A DNA stretch of 42,196 nt, taken from the IMG/VR virus record IMGVR_UViG_3300022867_000025, positions 1-42,196 of that record, one strand, 5' to 3'. The DNA comes from a virus. Lineage: Duplodnaviria; Caudoviricetes. Shown piece after piece: positions 28,215 through 35,780 of the stretch (position 1 is the first letter of the stretch; each line of letters opens with the position of its first letter). The position numbers and the translations under genes were made by a program. The notes beneath the pieces were generated by a model. It was not told the origin of the DNA and made no database searches. It worked only from the letters and a program-made list of their open reading frames with translations.

Positions 28215-28844
28215 TTATGCTACTGGGATTCTTACTTGCCCAGAGCGGTACATATCTTCACGCATCTTACCATCCCCAAGGTTGCGGAGCAGTAATAACG
28301 CTTGGGTAAACATTTTCTCGTAAAGCGCAAGCATATCAGGCTCACCCTTCATAAAACGAATTGCTTGTACTAAGGCCCCGTTAAGCAGAGCAGAGTCAAA
28401 CTCATCCCCTAGCCATGTGGTCCCCGCGGTTACAATAGTCTCAGGGTAGTACCCGTAGTGTAGCTCCACAGCATAAGCAGCATCTGGAGTCGGGCCTAGT
28501 ATAAAAGAGGTATCACTAAACACGGCATAGTGCTTGGGTTTGCCAGTGCTAGTAGGGTTTGGATACGCCTGCCGCACGAAGTTTACATCTTTGTTTAACA
28601 GGTACTCATAGTTACCCGTAGCGTCAATAACGGCAAGTGAGAACGTGTAGAGAAAATCTGTAGGGTAAATAAGGTAGCTATTACCCACCCCAAGCGCCCC
28701 TGTCTGGTTACGGCGCAAAGCGGGTATCTGAACAGTATTATATACGAACTGCTCCGCCTGCTTAACAAACATGGCAAGCTGGTCTTCTGTAAAAGTCTGC
28801 TCACAGATATCCTGAATATTTACTTTAAGCTCAGTATAATTCAC
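28215..28844 (-). CDS. head-tail adaptor / tail tubular protein A-like
   Basis: MNY.EL...IQD, G.PK.YA, ILGPTPD..Y..ELHY, TWL, LL.G.L. Confidence 0.65.
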   Translation of the reverse strand: MNYTELKVNIQDICEQTFTEDQLAMFVKQAEQFVYNTVQIPALRRNQTGALGVGNSYLIYPTDFLYTFSLAVIDATGNYEYLLNKDVNFVRQAYPNPTSTGKPKHYAVFSDTSFILGPTPDAAYAVELHYGYYPETIVTAGTTWLGDEFDSALLNGALVQAIRFMKGEPDMLALYEKMFTQALLLLRNLGDGKMREDMYRSGQVRIPVA

Positions 28845-28854
28845 CAGCTACTCC

Positions 28855-29037
28855 CTAACCCATTGGCCCACGAGCCATAGTACCCTTAGTAGCGGCACCT
28901 GTACCGCGTATCTTTACACCGGCAGTCTTTAAATTGGCCGGGGGTTGGTTGCAGGTATCCACTTTATAGACAGTAGGCACATCAGGGAAGTCAATTATCT
29001 TAGGTGTTTTTACTGTTGATCTAGATTTGTTCTTCAT
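28855..29037 (-). CDS. small basic protein
   Basis: Ends KIRGTGAATKGTMARGPMG; in the late operon. Confidence 0.65.
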   Translation of the reverse strand: MKNKSRSTVKTPKIIDFPDVPTVYKVDTCNQPPANLKTAGVKIRGTGAATKGTMARGPMG

Positions 29038-29046
29038 TTTAGCATC

Positions 29047-29409
29047 CTATTCTGTAGTTACTGTAACATTACCCACAGTACCTTTGGCTTCTAAGTTATC
29101 TGGGGTTACCCCAAAAGGGTCGTTTAAACCCACCGGATTCCAACCCCACTGTATGTTCACACTACTAAACTCACCTGAAGGTACTAGGCTTCTGTCAGGT
29201 CTTGGATTACGTATCGCTTGCGGGTCATCTACTGGAAACCTACCTAGCATTAGCTGAGGTTGATCTGGGCTCCAACATTCAGGGCACGCTTTTGTCTGCG
29301 TTACGGTTCCTGCTACTACTAAGTTCTTTAACTGTTTTAGCTTGTACTCAAACCCGCACACATCACACATTGCAAGGGCTATCTTATTTGAGGCAAACCT
29401 AGTGGTCAT
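29047..29409 (-). CDS. zinc-binding conserved phage protein
   Basis: CDVCGF...CPECW..DQPQL...DPQA.R.PRPD. Confidence 0.75.
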   Translation of the reverse strand: MTTRFASNKIALAMCDVCGFEYKLKQLKNLVVAGTVTQTKACPECWSPDQPQLMLGRFPVDDPQAIRNPRPDRSLVPSGEFSSVNIQWGWNPVGLNDPFGVTPDNLEAKGTVGNVTVTTE

Positions 29410-29411
29410 GC

Positions 29412-30110
29412 TTAATACCCACTTATTCTAGGGACTAGCCGTAGAGTTGCTTTTTCTCTGTCTTCCCCAGCCGCTAGTTCCCACTGACGCTCATACTCAG
29501 CCTGTAGCATGGGTATTCTAACCATAAGATCAGGGTCTTTAGCCGCTATGTAATATGCCAACCCCGCAACTAAACAGGGTAGGAACCGAAAGCTAACATC
29601 AGCGTCATTAATACCTTCCCCAGCATCTTGGATACGGCGCATACGCCAATAAACCAACTGGTAGTAAGGCTCAGCAACTGTACCCCTATCTGGAACGGGC
29701 CACAACCTAACAACGGGAGCAATGCTCCGGTCCACGTTCACCTGTATAGGGCGACCCTGTGTTAGCTTGTTAGGGATACTAGCGTAAGTAGGCATACTTA
29801 CTCTGGCTATAGTTAAGTCTGATTGCAGGTTTTCATTCCCCTGCTCTGTACGTATGACTTGCTCTAGTAGGTCTATGGTTTCAGTAGGCAGAGAATACGT
29901 AGATTGGCCCTGAACTAGAGGTAGTACTCCTTCCTCTATGGTCCACATGTTTATGCCGCGGTTCTGCCACTCAATGGTCAGCAGATTCATGGAACGCCTA
30001 GCAGTTCTAAAGTCGTAACCAGACCGCATTTCACGACCGGCACGTTCCCATGCTTCTTCGGCAATCTCCGTGAAGTCCATGTTAAACGAGGAAGTACCTG
30101 AAGTAGCCAT
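29412..30110 (-). CDS. head completion / adaptor-like protein
   Basis: MATSGT..F..D..EI.EEA.ERAG...GYD..TARRS.NLL..EW.NRG.N.WT, LWPVPD. Confidence 0.7.
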   Translation of the reverse strand: MATSGTSSFNMDFTEIAEEAWERAGREMRSGYDFRTARRSMNLLTIEWQNRGINMWTIEEGVLPLVQGQSTYSLPTETIDLLEQVIRTEQGNENLQSDLTIARVSMPTYASIPNKLTQGRPIQVNVDRSIAPVVRLWPVPDRGTVAEPYYQLVYWRMRRIQDAGEGINDADVSFRFLPCLVAGLAYYIAAKDPDLMVRIPMLQAEYERQWELAAGEDREKATLRLVPRISGY

Positions 30111-30388
30111 TATTTTTCCTTCCTTCTAAGCGGTGCTACACGTTTGGGTTTTCCTGCCGGTTGTCCTAGGCGCTTCTTTTGCGCTACACGGGACTTCTTT
30201 TCTGCCGCAGTCATTTCACCAGATGTCTTAGGTGTTTTACTGGAAACCTTTTTAGTTGGCCTACAGTACGGGGTTCCCCGTTTATCGCCGTCCTTGCGCC
30301 CACAAGCCTTGCCTGTTTTTACGTCTTTCCAGTCTTCCGCAAACCAACGCTTTAGGGCTTTACCCTTCTCGGTTTTACGAACGGCCAC
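30110..30388 (-). CDS. basic conserved protein (LKRWF.E.W...CGR...PYCRP, DUF5872-like)
   Basis: Likely start is GTG at 30388 (MAVRKTEKG...) rather than 30430, because the upstream part belongs to the overlapping 30375-30545 gene. Confidence 0.7.
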   Translation of the reverse strand: MAVRKTEKGKALKRWFAEDWKDVKTGKACGRKDGDKRGTPYCRPTKKVSSKTPKTSGEMTAAEKKSRVAQKKRLGQPAGKPKRVAPLRRKEK

Positions 30389-30545
30389 TAGCTTTCTTCT
30401 TTCGGCACTTTGCGATAGCACCCGAGGCATACGCGGAAGGGAAGACTTTATATGATGCCTTCACCTTGCGGTAACATTCATCTTTGACCGTACCGCCCTC
30501 CTTAAGCGCAATGGGCTTCATTTTGCCCATGCCTCGGCACTGCAT
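30375..30545 (-). CDS. 56-aa basic protein (PSAYASG motif, DUF5872-like); not in ORF track
   Basis: MQCRGMGKMKPIALKEGGTVKDECYRKVKASYKVFPSAYASGAIAKCRKKKASGRS; ATG overlaps the upstream TGA. Confidence 0.7.
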   Translation of the reverse strand: MQCRGMGKMKPIALKEGGTVKDECYRKVKASYKVFPSAYASGAIAKCRKKKASGRS

Positions 30546-30709
30546 CACCGCATTGTACCCTTAGTACGGCCCTTAGTAACGCAACCATCGCCGCGACCTA
30601 CTGAACCGCCTGCCATGTACCCTTTCATTTTAGGCTTTGCTTTACCCATAGCTTGCTTATCGTCCATCTTACCGCCCATCATGCCGCCCGCCATATACTC
30701 TTTTTTCAT
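30545..30709 (-). CDS. 54-aa Met/Lys/Gly-rich protein; not in ORF track
   Basis: MKKEYMAGGMMGGKMDDKQAMGKAKPKMKGYMAGGSVGRGDGCVTKGRTKGTMR; fills the gap exactly, TGATG coupling. Confidence 0.7.
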   Translation of the reverse strand: MKKEYMAGGMMGGKMDDKQAMGKAKPKMKGYMAGGSVGRGDGCVTKGRTKGTMR

Positions 30710-30713
30710 AAGT

Positions 30714-31352
30714 CTAAACCCTTGTATTAGCTACATTGATACATATATATATAAATTCATCGTCGGTTAAGTTGCGTTTGGCTAGGTTTACCTTACCCGC
30801 AACCCACTGAATATTCCCTACTACGTACCCTACGCTGCTGTCTATTCTGTCTAGACTTGCTGTGCCACCCTTATACGTAGTAGTGAGGTCTACCCCACTT
30901 AGCGCACATTTAGCAGTATAGGTGTCCCACATCTGTTCTTCTGTAAGGTTAAACTCCAACCCTCTATTCCTAGCGTTTTTTATTACTCTACGGTATATTC
31001 TAGTCTTGTCTCCGACAGTCCGGTTCTTGGCATAACCTCTGGCCTTACCAACACAGAGTTTACACTGCCAGTCTGCAACTGTGCTTTGTTTTGCATGGCC
31101 CAGCCTAGTGTACGCCTGCTCCCTACCACACCCACTACAGGTGCTACTCCACTTACCTTCCGCATTTTTGTATACCTCAGTGGGCTCAATTTGTCCCTTT
31201 TGGTATTTATTCGTGCAGTTTCTACAAGTACCCCGGGCCAACATTTTTACCGCACCATATTTAGTTGTAAAGGCTACTTCGGCCCCACACTTGCAGGTAG
31301 TCCTAAACCCACCCTCTGCTTTAGAGATTCTTGAGTCTTCTATGGTCACCAT
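30714..31352 (-). CDS. free-standing HNH-type homing endonuclease with tandem zinc ribbons
   Basis: CKCG..CRNC and CSGCG..CKLC N-terminal ribbons; CALSG...SLDRIDSSVGY..GNIQWV...VN.AK nuclease core. Confidence 0.8.
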   Translation of the reverse strand: MVTIEDSRISKAEGGFRTTCKCGAEVAFTTKYGAVKMLARGTCRNCTNKYQKGQIEPTEVYKNAEGKWSSTCSGCGREQAYTRLGHAKQSTVADWQCKLCVGKARGYAKNRTVGDKTRIYRRVIKNARNRGLEFNLTEEQMWDTYTAKCALSGVDLTTTYKGGTASLDRIDSSVGYVVGNIQWVAGKVNLAKRNLTDDEFIYICINVANTRV

Positions 31353-31377
31353 CTATGTGAATAAGCCCTTGATTCTG

Positions 31378-31653
31378 CTACCATTTTGCTCTATCGGCCC
31401 AGTAAGCTGCGCTCATCTTACCCTTGGCAATGTTCTTACCGTGACGAGCCTTAAATGACTTGCGCTTAGCCTTCATCTTATCAGACTCTCCTGCTTTAGG
31501 TTTACCTGCCGTAGATGCGCCCTGCTCCCCAAACCGTATTATCTTCTCTTTACCACCCTCACAAGCCTTAACTATATGAGACTTCTTCGGGTGGTTAGAA
31601 GTTCTATTTGGCTTATTACAAGCCATGCTGCTTTTATCTGCTCGCTTAACCAT
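31378..31653 (-). CDS. basic conserved phage protein
   Basis: K.IRFG.QG...RKSFKARH......SAAYWA...W motif. Confidence 0.75.
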   Translation of the reverse strand: MVKRADKSSMACNKPNRTSNHPKKSHIVKACEGGKEKIIRFGEQGASTAGKPKAGESDKMKAKRKSFKARHGKNIAKGKMSAAYWADRAKW

Positions 31654-32059
31654 AGAGCTTTTGCACAGTTAGTATCATGGTGTAGGTGTTCCCCGCCGCT
31701 GCTGGCACAGAAGTAGCAACTATATCACCACTCTTACCCGCTCCTGAGTTATTGGGGATACCAAAGTCAGTAAAGTCATACTGCTCTGTCCAGTTTGATG
31801 GAAAGTCAAAAAGTAACACGTTAGTGTCTGCATCCCACTCCAGCTTAACTGCTACGCCAACACTGGCAAAAGTTAGCTTTTCTAAAGTAACTCCTGTGCA
31901 AGGACGTTTACTAACGGGGTCAGCCGCTAATGATGAAACATCAACCACAATAACGGTAGCCGACGCAGGGGGTGACCCTGCACCAATAACTGTAGTTACC
32001 TTAATGATGGCCGTGCGGCCGCCATCTTGGATTATTTGTGAAGCATTTGTATCAGCCAT
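31646..32059 (-). CDS. conserved virion-associated protein
   Basis: RBS GGAG; beta-rich 137 aa (VDVSSL...V.LEWDA..N...DF..FG.PN). Confidence 0.7.
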   Translation of the reverse strand: MADTNASQIIQDGGRTAIIKVTTVIGAGSPPASATVIVVDVSSLAADPVSKRPCTGVTLEKLTFASVGVAVKLEWDADTNVLLFDFPSNWTEQYDFTDFGIPNNSGAGKSGDIVATSVPAAAGNTYTMILTVQKLYG

Positions 32060-32070
32060 GAGTTAGCTCC

Positions 32071-32280
32071 TTATGAGAGAGCAGCGCCGATAGAAGTAAC
32101 CCAAGCAGCGCCTGTGTTAATTACTAGACAAAACTCGTTATTGCCTGCACCATTATCGCTAACGATATACACCGTACCAGCGGAAACAGTAGCAAAAGCG
32201 GGAAGATTAGCCGTGGTTACGACTGGGAAATCAAAGCCGTTTGTAGAAACGACGGGACCAGTAAAGGTAGTTGTAGACAT
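32071..32280 (-). CDS. small virion-associated protein
   Basis: MSTTTFTGPV.S.NGF N-terminus; RBS GAGG directly 3' of the structured RNA. Confidence 0.75.
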   Translation of the reverse strand: MSTTTFTGPVVSTNGFDFPVVTTANLPAFATVSAGTVYIVSDNGAGNNEFCLVINTGAAWVTSIGAALS

Positions 32281-32287
32281 TTTGGAA

Positions 32288-32364
32288 CCTCACATGCGAG
32301 TTATGGCGTATCTGTCTGCATGTCGTCAGCCGGGACTGTCAGATACACCGGTCTAGTTCCCGGG
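32288..32364 (-). ncRNA. structured RNA with two pseudoknots in the 5' leader of 32071-32280 (candidate Mu-gpT-DE-like motif)
   Basis: Minus strand: CCGGGA/UCCCGG (32358-63 with 32330-35), GGUGUAUCUG/CAGAUACGCC (32340-49 with 32305-14), ACAUGC/GCAUGU (32318-23 with 32292-97). Lies downstream of the gpT-like capsid gene. Confidence 0.7.
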
Positions 32365-32373
32365 ATAACCCCA

Positions 32374-32402
32374 AGTATATAACATTTATTCTTGCATTGC
32401 AC
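32374..32402 (-). promoter_or_regulatory. putative promoter for the structured RNA and downstream late genes
   Basis: TATACT -10 (32374-79) about 10 nt upstream of the RNA; weak -35 GTGCAA at 17 nt. Confidence 0.45.
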
Positions 32403-32413
32403 AACAGATAGGT

Positions 32414-32439
32414 AAAAAAAGACCCACCGTAGTGGGTCT
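32414..32439 (-). terminator. Rho-independent terminator
   Basis: GACCCAC-UACG-GUGGGUC stem-loop followed by 7 U. Confidence 0.85.
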
Positions 32440-32521
32440 AAGCCTTCTTATGGGCATTGGAACGCCTTGTCGGGTAAGTTCCAACGTTAGCTTACCTCAA
32501 CTTAGCTAATTTACAAACAAA

Positions 32522-32695
32522 TTACTGTTTAGTACGGGCTTTCTTTTTAGCCGCAGCACTAAGTTCCCCATAGTGGAGGAGGGTGCTGGCATTTTTACTC
32601 ATTTTTGAACCACTCATAAGTGTGCCGTCTGGGTGTTTATGGGTCTTACCTGTAAACACTTCCCCATTCTTTCTATAATGCTTTGCGTTTTTCAT
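32522..32695 (-). CDS. 57-aa His/Lys-rich protein; not in ORF track
   Basis: MKNAKHYRKNGEVFTGKTHKHPDGTLMSGSKMSKNASTLLHYGELSAAAKKKARTKQ; GGGG RBS-like; lies between two terminators. Confidence 0.65.
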   Translation of the reverse strand: MKNAKHYRKNGEVFTGKTHKHPDGTLMSGSKMSKNASTLLHYGELSAAAKKKARTKQ

Positions 32696-32720
32696 AATAT
32701 ACCCCGGTTAAACTCCACCC

Positions 32721-32745
32721 AAAAAGAAAAGGGGCCTAAGCCCCT
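32721..32745 (-). terminator. Rho-independent terminator after the major capsid gene
   Basis: AGGGGC-UUAG-GCCCCU followed by UUUCUUUUU. Confidence 0.8.
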
Positions 32746-32766
32746 AATCTCAACACCGTTTGCTTA

Positions 32767-33675
32767 TTAAGCGCCCGGAGAACCAAATATACCCAGTGGA
32801 TCAGATACGCCGAAGCTGTATCTCTCGCGGGCTTTATAACGGCTGTTACCAGTGTCGAAATCAGCATCCATGCTTGTTTGCATAGGTGTTCTGACAAAGT
32901 GCTTCAGGCCGTTAGGAATGTCCGTCATCAAGAACCAAGCATTGGTATCCGTTAGGTAATGGTTAGTTGAATAACCACCCGGGATAGCACTGTTGTTCTT
33001 AAGGGCGTTCAAGTCGTTATCTGCTGTACCAACACGGAGGTTAGTTTCCAAGATGCGCGTAGCAACGAATTGCAAGGCAGGTGGAATGATTAACTTCTTA
33101 GGTTGTGCAGCAATTAGCAAGCCACGCTCATCAGTCCAGCCAGCAATCTGAATAACAGCCGCTTCTAGTGAAGCCTCGTTAAGGTCAGCCGCAATAGCAG
33201 GACGGTTAGAGTTAACGCCACCAGAAACCAATGGATGCGCTGTTGAACATAAAGACACACCGTCACCGTAAGTAGTAGCGCCGGAGAATGCGTTGTTCAA
33301 TATTGTGGAACCTTTAACTTGCTTAGTGTAAGCCATAGCGCGGGCGAGAGCCTTTGTATAGCGAGCAGAAAGTGAGTCGTAAAGATTATCCTCAATAGCT
33401 TCCTCAGTAATAGAGAACCCCATTGCGATAGTCTCGTTGGTATACCGAGCAGTGTACGCTTCTTGTGCGTTATCATACTCAATAGCAGCGCCTTCACCCT
33501 TAACAGGTGCAGCACTAAAGCCTGACAATTTAACTTCTTCCTCGAATGAGCGGTCAGAAGTTTCTGATTCAAAAATCTCAGCAACCTCATCGTTGTACTT
33601 CGCATATTCGAGACCAAATAAGGCGTTTAGGCCCGGTAGTAACTCCTTAAGGAGTTGTGCTCTTGAAATAGCCAT
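32767..33675 (-). CDS. major capsid protein (Mu gpT-like HK97 fold)
   Basis: MAISRAQLLKELLPGLNALFGLEY...SDRSFEEE...ITEEA.EDNLY...DG..L....HP...YKARERYSFG.SDP; strong RBS; followed by a terminator. Confidence 0.88.
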   Translation of the reverse strand: MAISRAQLLKELLPGLNALFGLEYAKYNDEVAEIFESETSDRSFEEEVKLSGFSAAPVKGEGAAIEYDNAQEAYTARYTNETIAMGFSITEEAIEDNLYDSLSARYTKALARAMAYTKQVKGSTILNNAFSGATTYGDGVSLCSTAHPLVSGGVNSNRPAIAADLNEASLEAAVIQIAGWTDERGLLIAAQPKKLIIPPALQFVATRILETNLRVGTADNDLNALKNNSAIPGGYSTNHYLTDTNAWFLMTDIPNGLKHFVRTPMQTSMDADFDTGNSRYKARERYSFGVSDPLGIFGSPGA

Positions 33676-33686
33676 CTGCTAGTCTC

Positions 33687-34274
33687 CTATACGCCAGTTG
33701 TGTTGTTGTACTGATGCAAGTTGATCTTAACAATCACCTCAACAAAAGTATCAGCAGCGGTTTTAGTTTCATCTACTGTGGCAATAACGCGCACAACTAG
33801 AGCTGCGGTTCCGGCTTCAGAGCCTGCTAATACAGACGAACCAGAATTACCCGTGGTAGCATTTCCCGTGCCTGCTAATACAGACATGTTAGCGCCAACT
33901 GATGCCGAAGGCGCAGAAGACATAGCACTACCAGCGTTAGTCACCGCTACTTTAAAAGCAGCCATCGGATCGTCAACAACAATACCATACGCTTCCGTTA
34001 CAGAAGTGCCGGGGTAAGTCTGAGCCGGTGTGAACTGACCGAGGGAATTGACGTACTGTACGCCCATAAACACACCGCAGGGAGAACCTGTAGTAGTGCC
34101 CGTAAATTTTACTAACGAACCGTTCGCCGCGACTGAAACCAAATCACCGTTGAAGATAGCTGTATTGTAAGTGCCTGCGATTGGAATCAATCGGGTCGCA
34201 CCTGAATAAGGCATACCGTCTATACGGTTAACTGGCTCAAAGCCGTAGGGAGCGTTGACTGTTGGATAAGCCAT
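33687..34274 (-). CDS. capsid-associated (decoration/minor head) protein
   Basis: MAYP...APYGF.P...IFNGD.V...GVF.G..Y...VVDDP; immediately upstream of the MCP. Confidence 0.6.
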   Translation of the reverse strand: MAYPTVNAPYGFEPVNRIDGMPYSGATRLIPIAGTYNTAIFNGDLVSVAANGSLVKFTGTTTGSPCGVFMGVQYVNSLGQFTPAQTYPGTSVTEAYGIVVDDPMAAFKVAVTNAGSAMSSAPSASVGANMSVLAGTGNATTGNSGSSVLAGSEAGTAALVVRVIATVDETKTAADTFVEVIVKINLHQYNNTTGV

Positions 34275-34292
34275 TTGTAACTCCTAATTTTG

Positions 34293-34739
34293 TTAGCCTT
34301 TACCGAAAGTAACCTTCGTTTTCCTATCGTTAAATAGGGGCATACGGGGGTCATTGTTTCGCATAAGACTGTTATCAACAGATTGCATCTGAGACGAGGC
34401 TTGGTTTGAATAGTAAGCCGCTCTTTCTGCAACCATCTCGTTTGGGGCCTTGCACAGCATCAAACCACTAACGATGATATTGTCCTTAAACCGGGGGTCG
34501 TCCACGGCATCGGAGAATATCTCGGGGTGAGCTGTAGCAGGTACAGGTTCCCATCCTTCACGCATTTTGGCAGAAACGTTGGCTGCGTCAGCCTGACCCA
34601 TCATAGCAACTCTAACCCAGCGGTACGAATAACCTTCTTCCGGCACGGGGCTTGGCAATGCTTCAGGCCGTACCCATGCTGCTTTACGTTCCGTGTTTGC
34701 TCGGGTTTGACCTTCTCTATTAGCTCTATTTTGCGTCAT
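34293..34739 (-). CDS. conserved head-module protein
   Basis: W..P..LP.P...GY.YRW.R...N.S.KMREGWEPV...GL.LCK.P. Confidence 0.7.
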   Translation of the reverse strand: MTQNRANREGQTRANTERKAAWVRPEALPSPVPEEGYSYRWVRVAMMGQADAANVSAKMREGWEPVPATAHPEIFSDAVDDPRFKDNIIVSGLMLCKAPNEMVAERAAYYSNQASSQMQSVDNSLMRNNDPRMPLFNDRKTKVTFGKG

Positions 34740-35770
34740 TATTCGTTCCTCAGTAGTACGGCAGCCTGTTTGGCGTATTCTTCCAGCGAGATTCCAAGTC
34801 TTCTAGCAATAGCTACTTGTGATTGCTTTAGTACCACCTTTCGGGGTGCTGTGCTCCGCGTAGCGGGTGCAACCACACTGCTTGCCTTCTTCTTAGTCTC
34901 TGGTGTGTCTTCTATACCTTCGTCAAAACTTTCCGGGAACACTTGTCGCATACGAGCGTTAATTTTGTCGTAGTACCCGTCAGATCGTGGGTCTTCCCCA
35001 TCTTTCGTAAGTTTGTTATGTAACCCCAGCGCAAATGCGGTCATTTCATCATCAGCTCCAAACCAAGAGTTTTCACCTCTCCAGCTTTCGGCCTTCTCAT
35101 CCCGCGCAGGTTGCGGTTCTGGGGCATTTACCTGTTGTTGTACAGCATTGGCCTGTGCTTGTAAAGCCCGGATTTCTCTTGGTTTCAGGCCGTCTACCTT
35201 TGCCTGCCGTATCTGGGCCGTGTTAAGTGCCTGCTGGGCTTCTACGATAGCATCTGAGTTACCCGCCTCGTATGCTTCTTTATACCCTCGCTGAGCCATA
35301 GCAACTTCTGCTTGAACCTGTTTCTTGGCCGAGGTTATTAACGCATTATGGCTGTGGTCGGCGGAACCCTTTAACTTTTCGTTCTCCGCCATCAGGCTAC
35401 GGGCGTAGGTCTCTAGCTCGCCGGACTGACGCATGGCATCTTCTTTAGCCCTACGCTCATCATGGTAGCCCTTACTGAAGTGCTTAATACGCTTCTTAAC
35501 TTTCTCTGAGTAGTTCTCCAGCTCATCGTCAGTTACAGACTCTGGCGGGGTTGTGGCTTTGCGCCCCCTATCTTCTGCGGGGGTGTCGTCCTCAATTTCT
35601 ATCTCAAAGTCACTCTCTGCTTTTTGTTTAGCAGGGGTCTTCATGTCTTCTCTACCAACGGCACCTTCTACTTCTATACTGTTGGTTTCTTTTTCGTCTA
35701 GGGTTACCTCAACCTCAGCATTAGTCGCATCTGGTTCCGGGAACTCGTACTCCACTTCTTGCATAGCCAT
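34739..35770 (-). CDS. capsid scaffolding protein (putative)
   Basis: Acidic N-terminus, long coiled coil, W...NSWFG, C-terminal L..SQVAIARRLG.SLEEYAKQ. Confidence 0.7.
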   Translation of the reverse strand: MAMQEVEYEFPEPDATNAEVEVTLDEKETNSIEVEGAVGREDMKTPAKQKAESDFEIEIEDDTPAEDRGRKATTPPESVTDDELENYSEKVKKRIKHFSKGYHDERRAKEDAMRQSGELETYARSLMAENEKLKGSADHSHNALITSAKKQVQAEVAMAQRGYKEAYEAGNSDAIVEAQQALNTAQIRQAKVDGLKPREIRALQAQANAVQQQVNAPEPQPARDEKAESWRGENSWFGADDEMTAFALGLHNKLTKDGEDPRSDGYYDKINARMRQVFPESFDEGIEDTPETKKKASSVVAPATRSTAPRKVVLKQSQVAIARRLGISLEEYAKQAAVLLRNE

Positions 35771-35780
35771 ACCTTACTCC

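Noticed and set aside
30710-31377. Group I intron housing the HNH gene
   Set aside because: Flanks are only ~4 and ~25 nt, too short for an intron core, and the neighbouring genes are intact.
32322-32330. CUGACGA hammerhead-ribozyme-like core within the structured RNA
   Set aside because: No GAAA after the following helix and no stem III/NUH arrangement; the topology does not fit a hammerhead.
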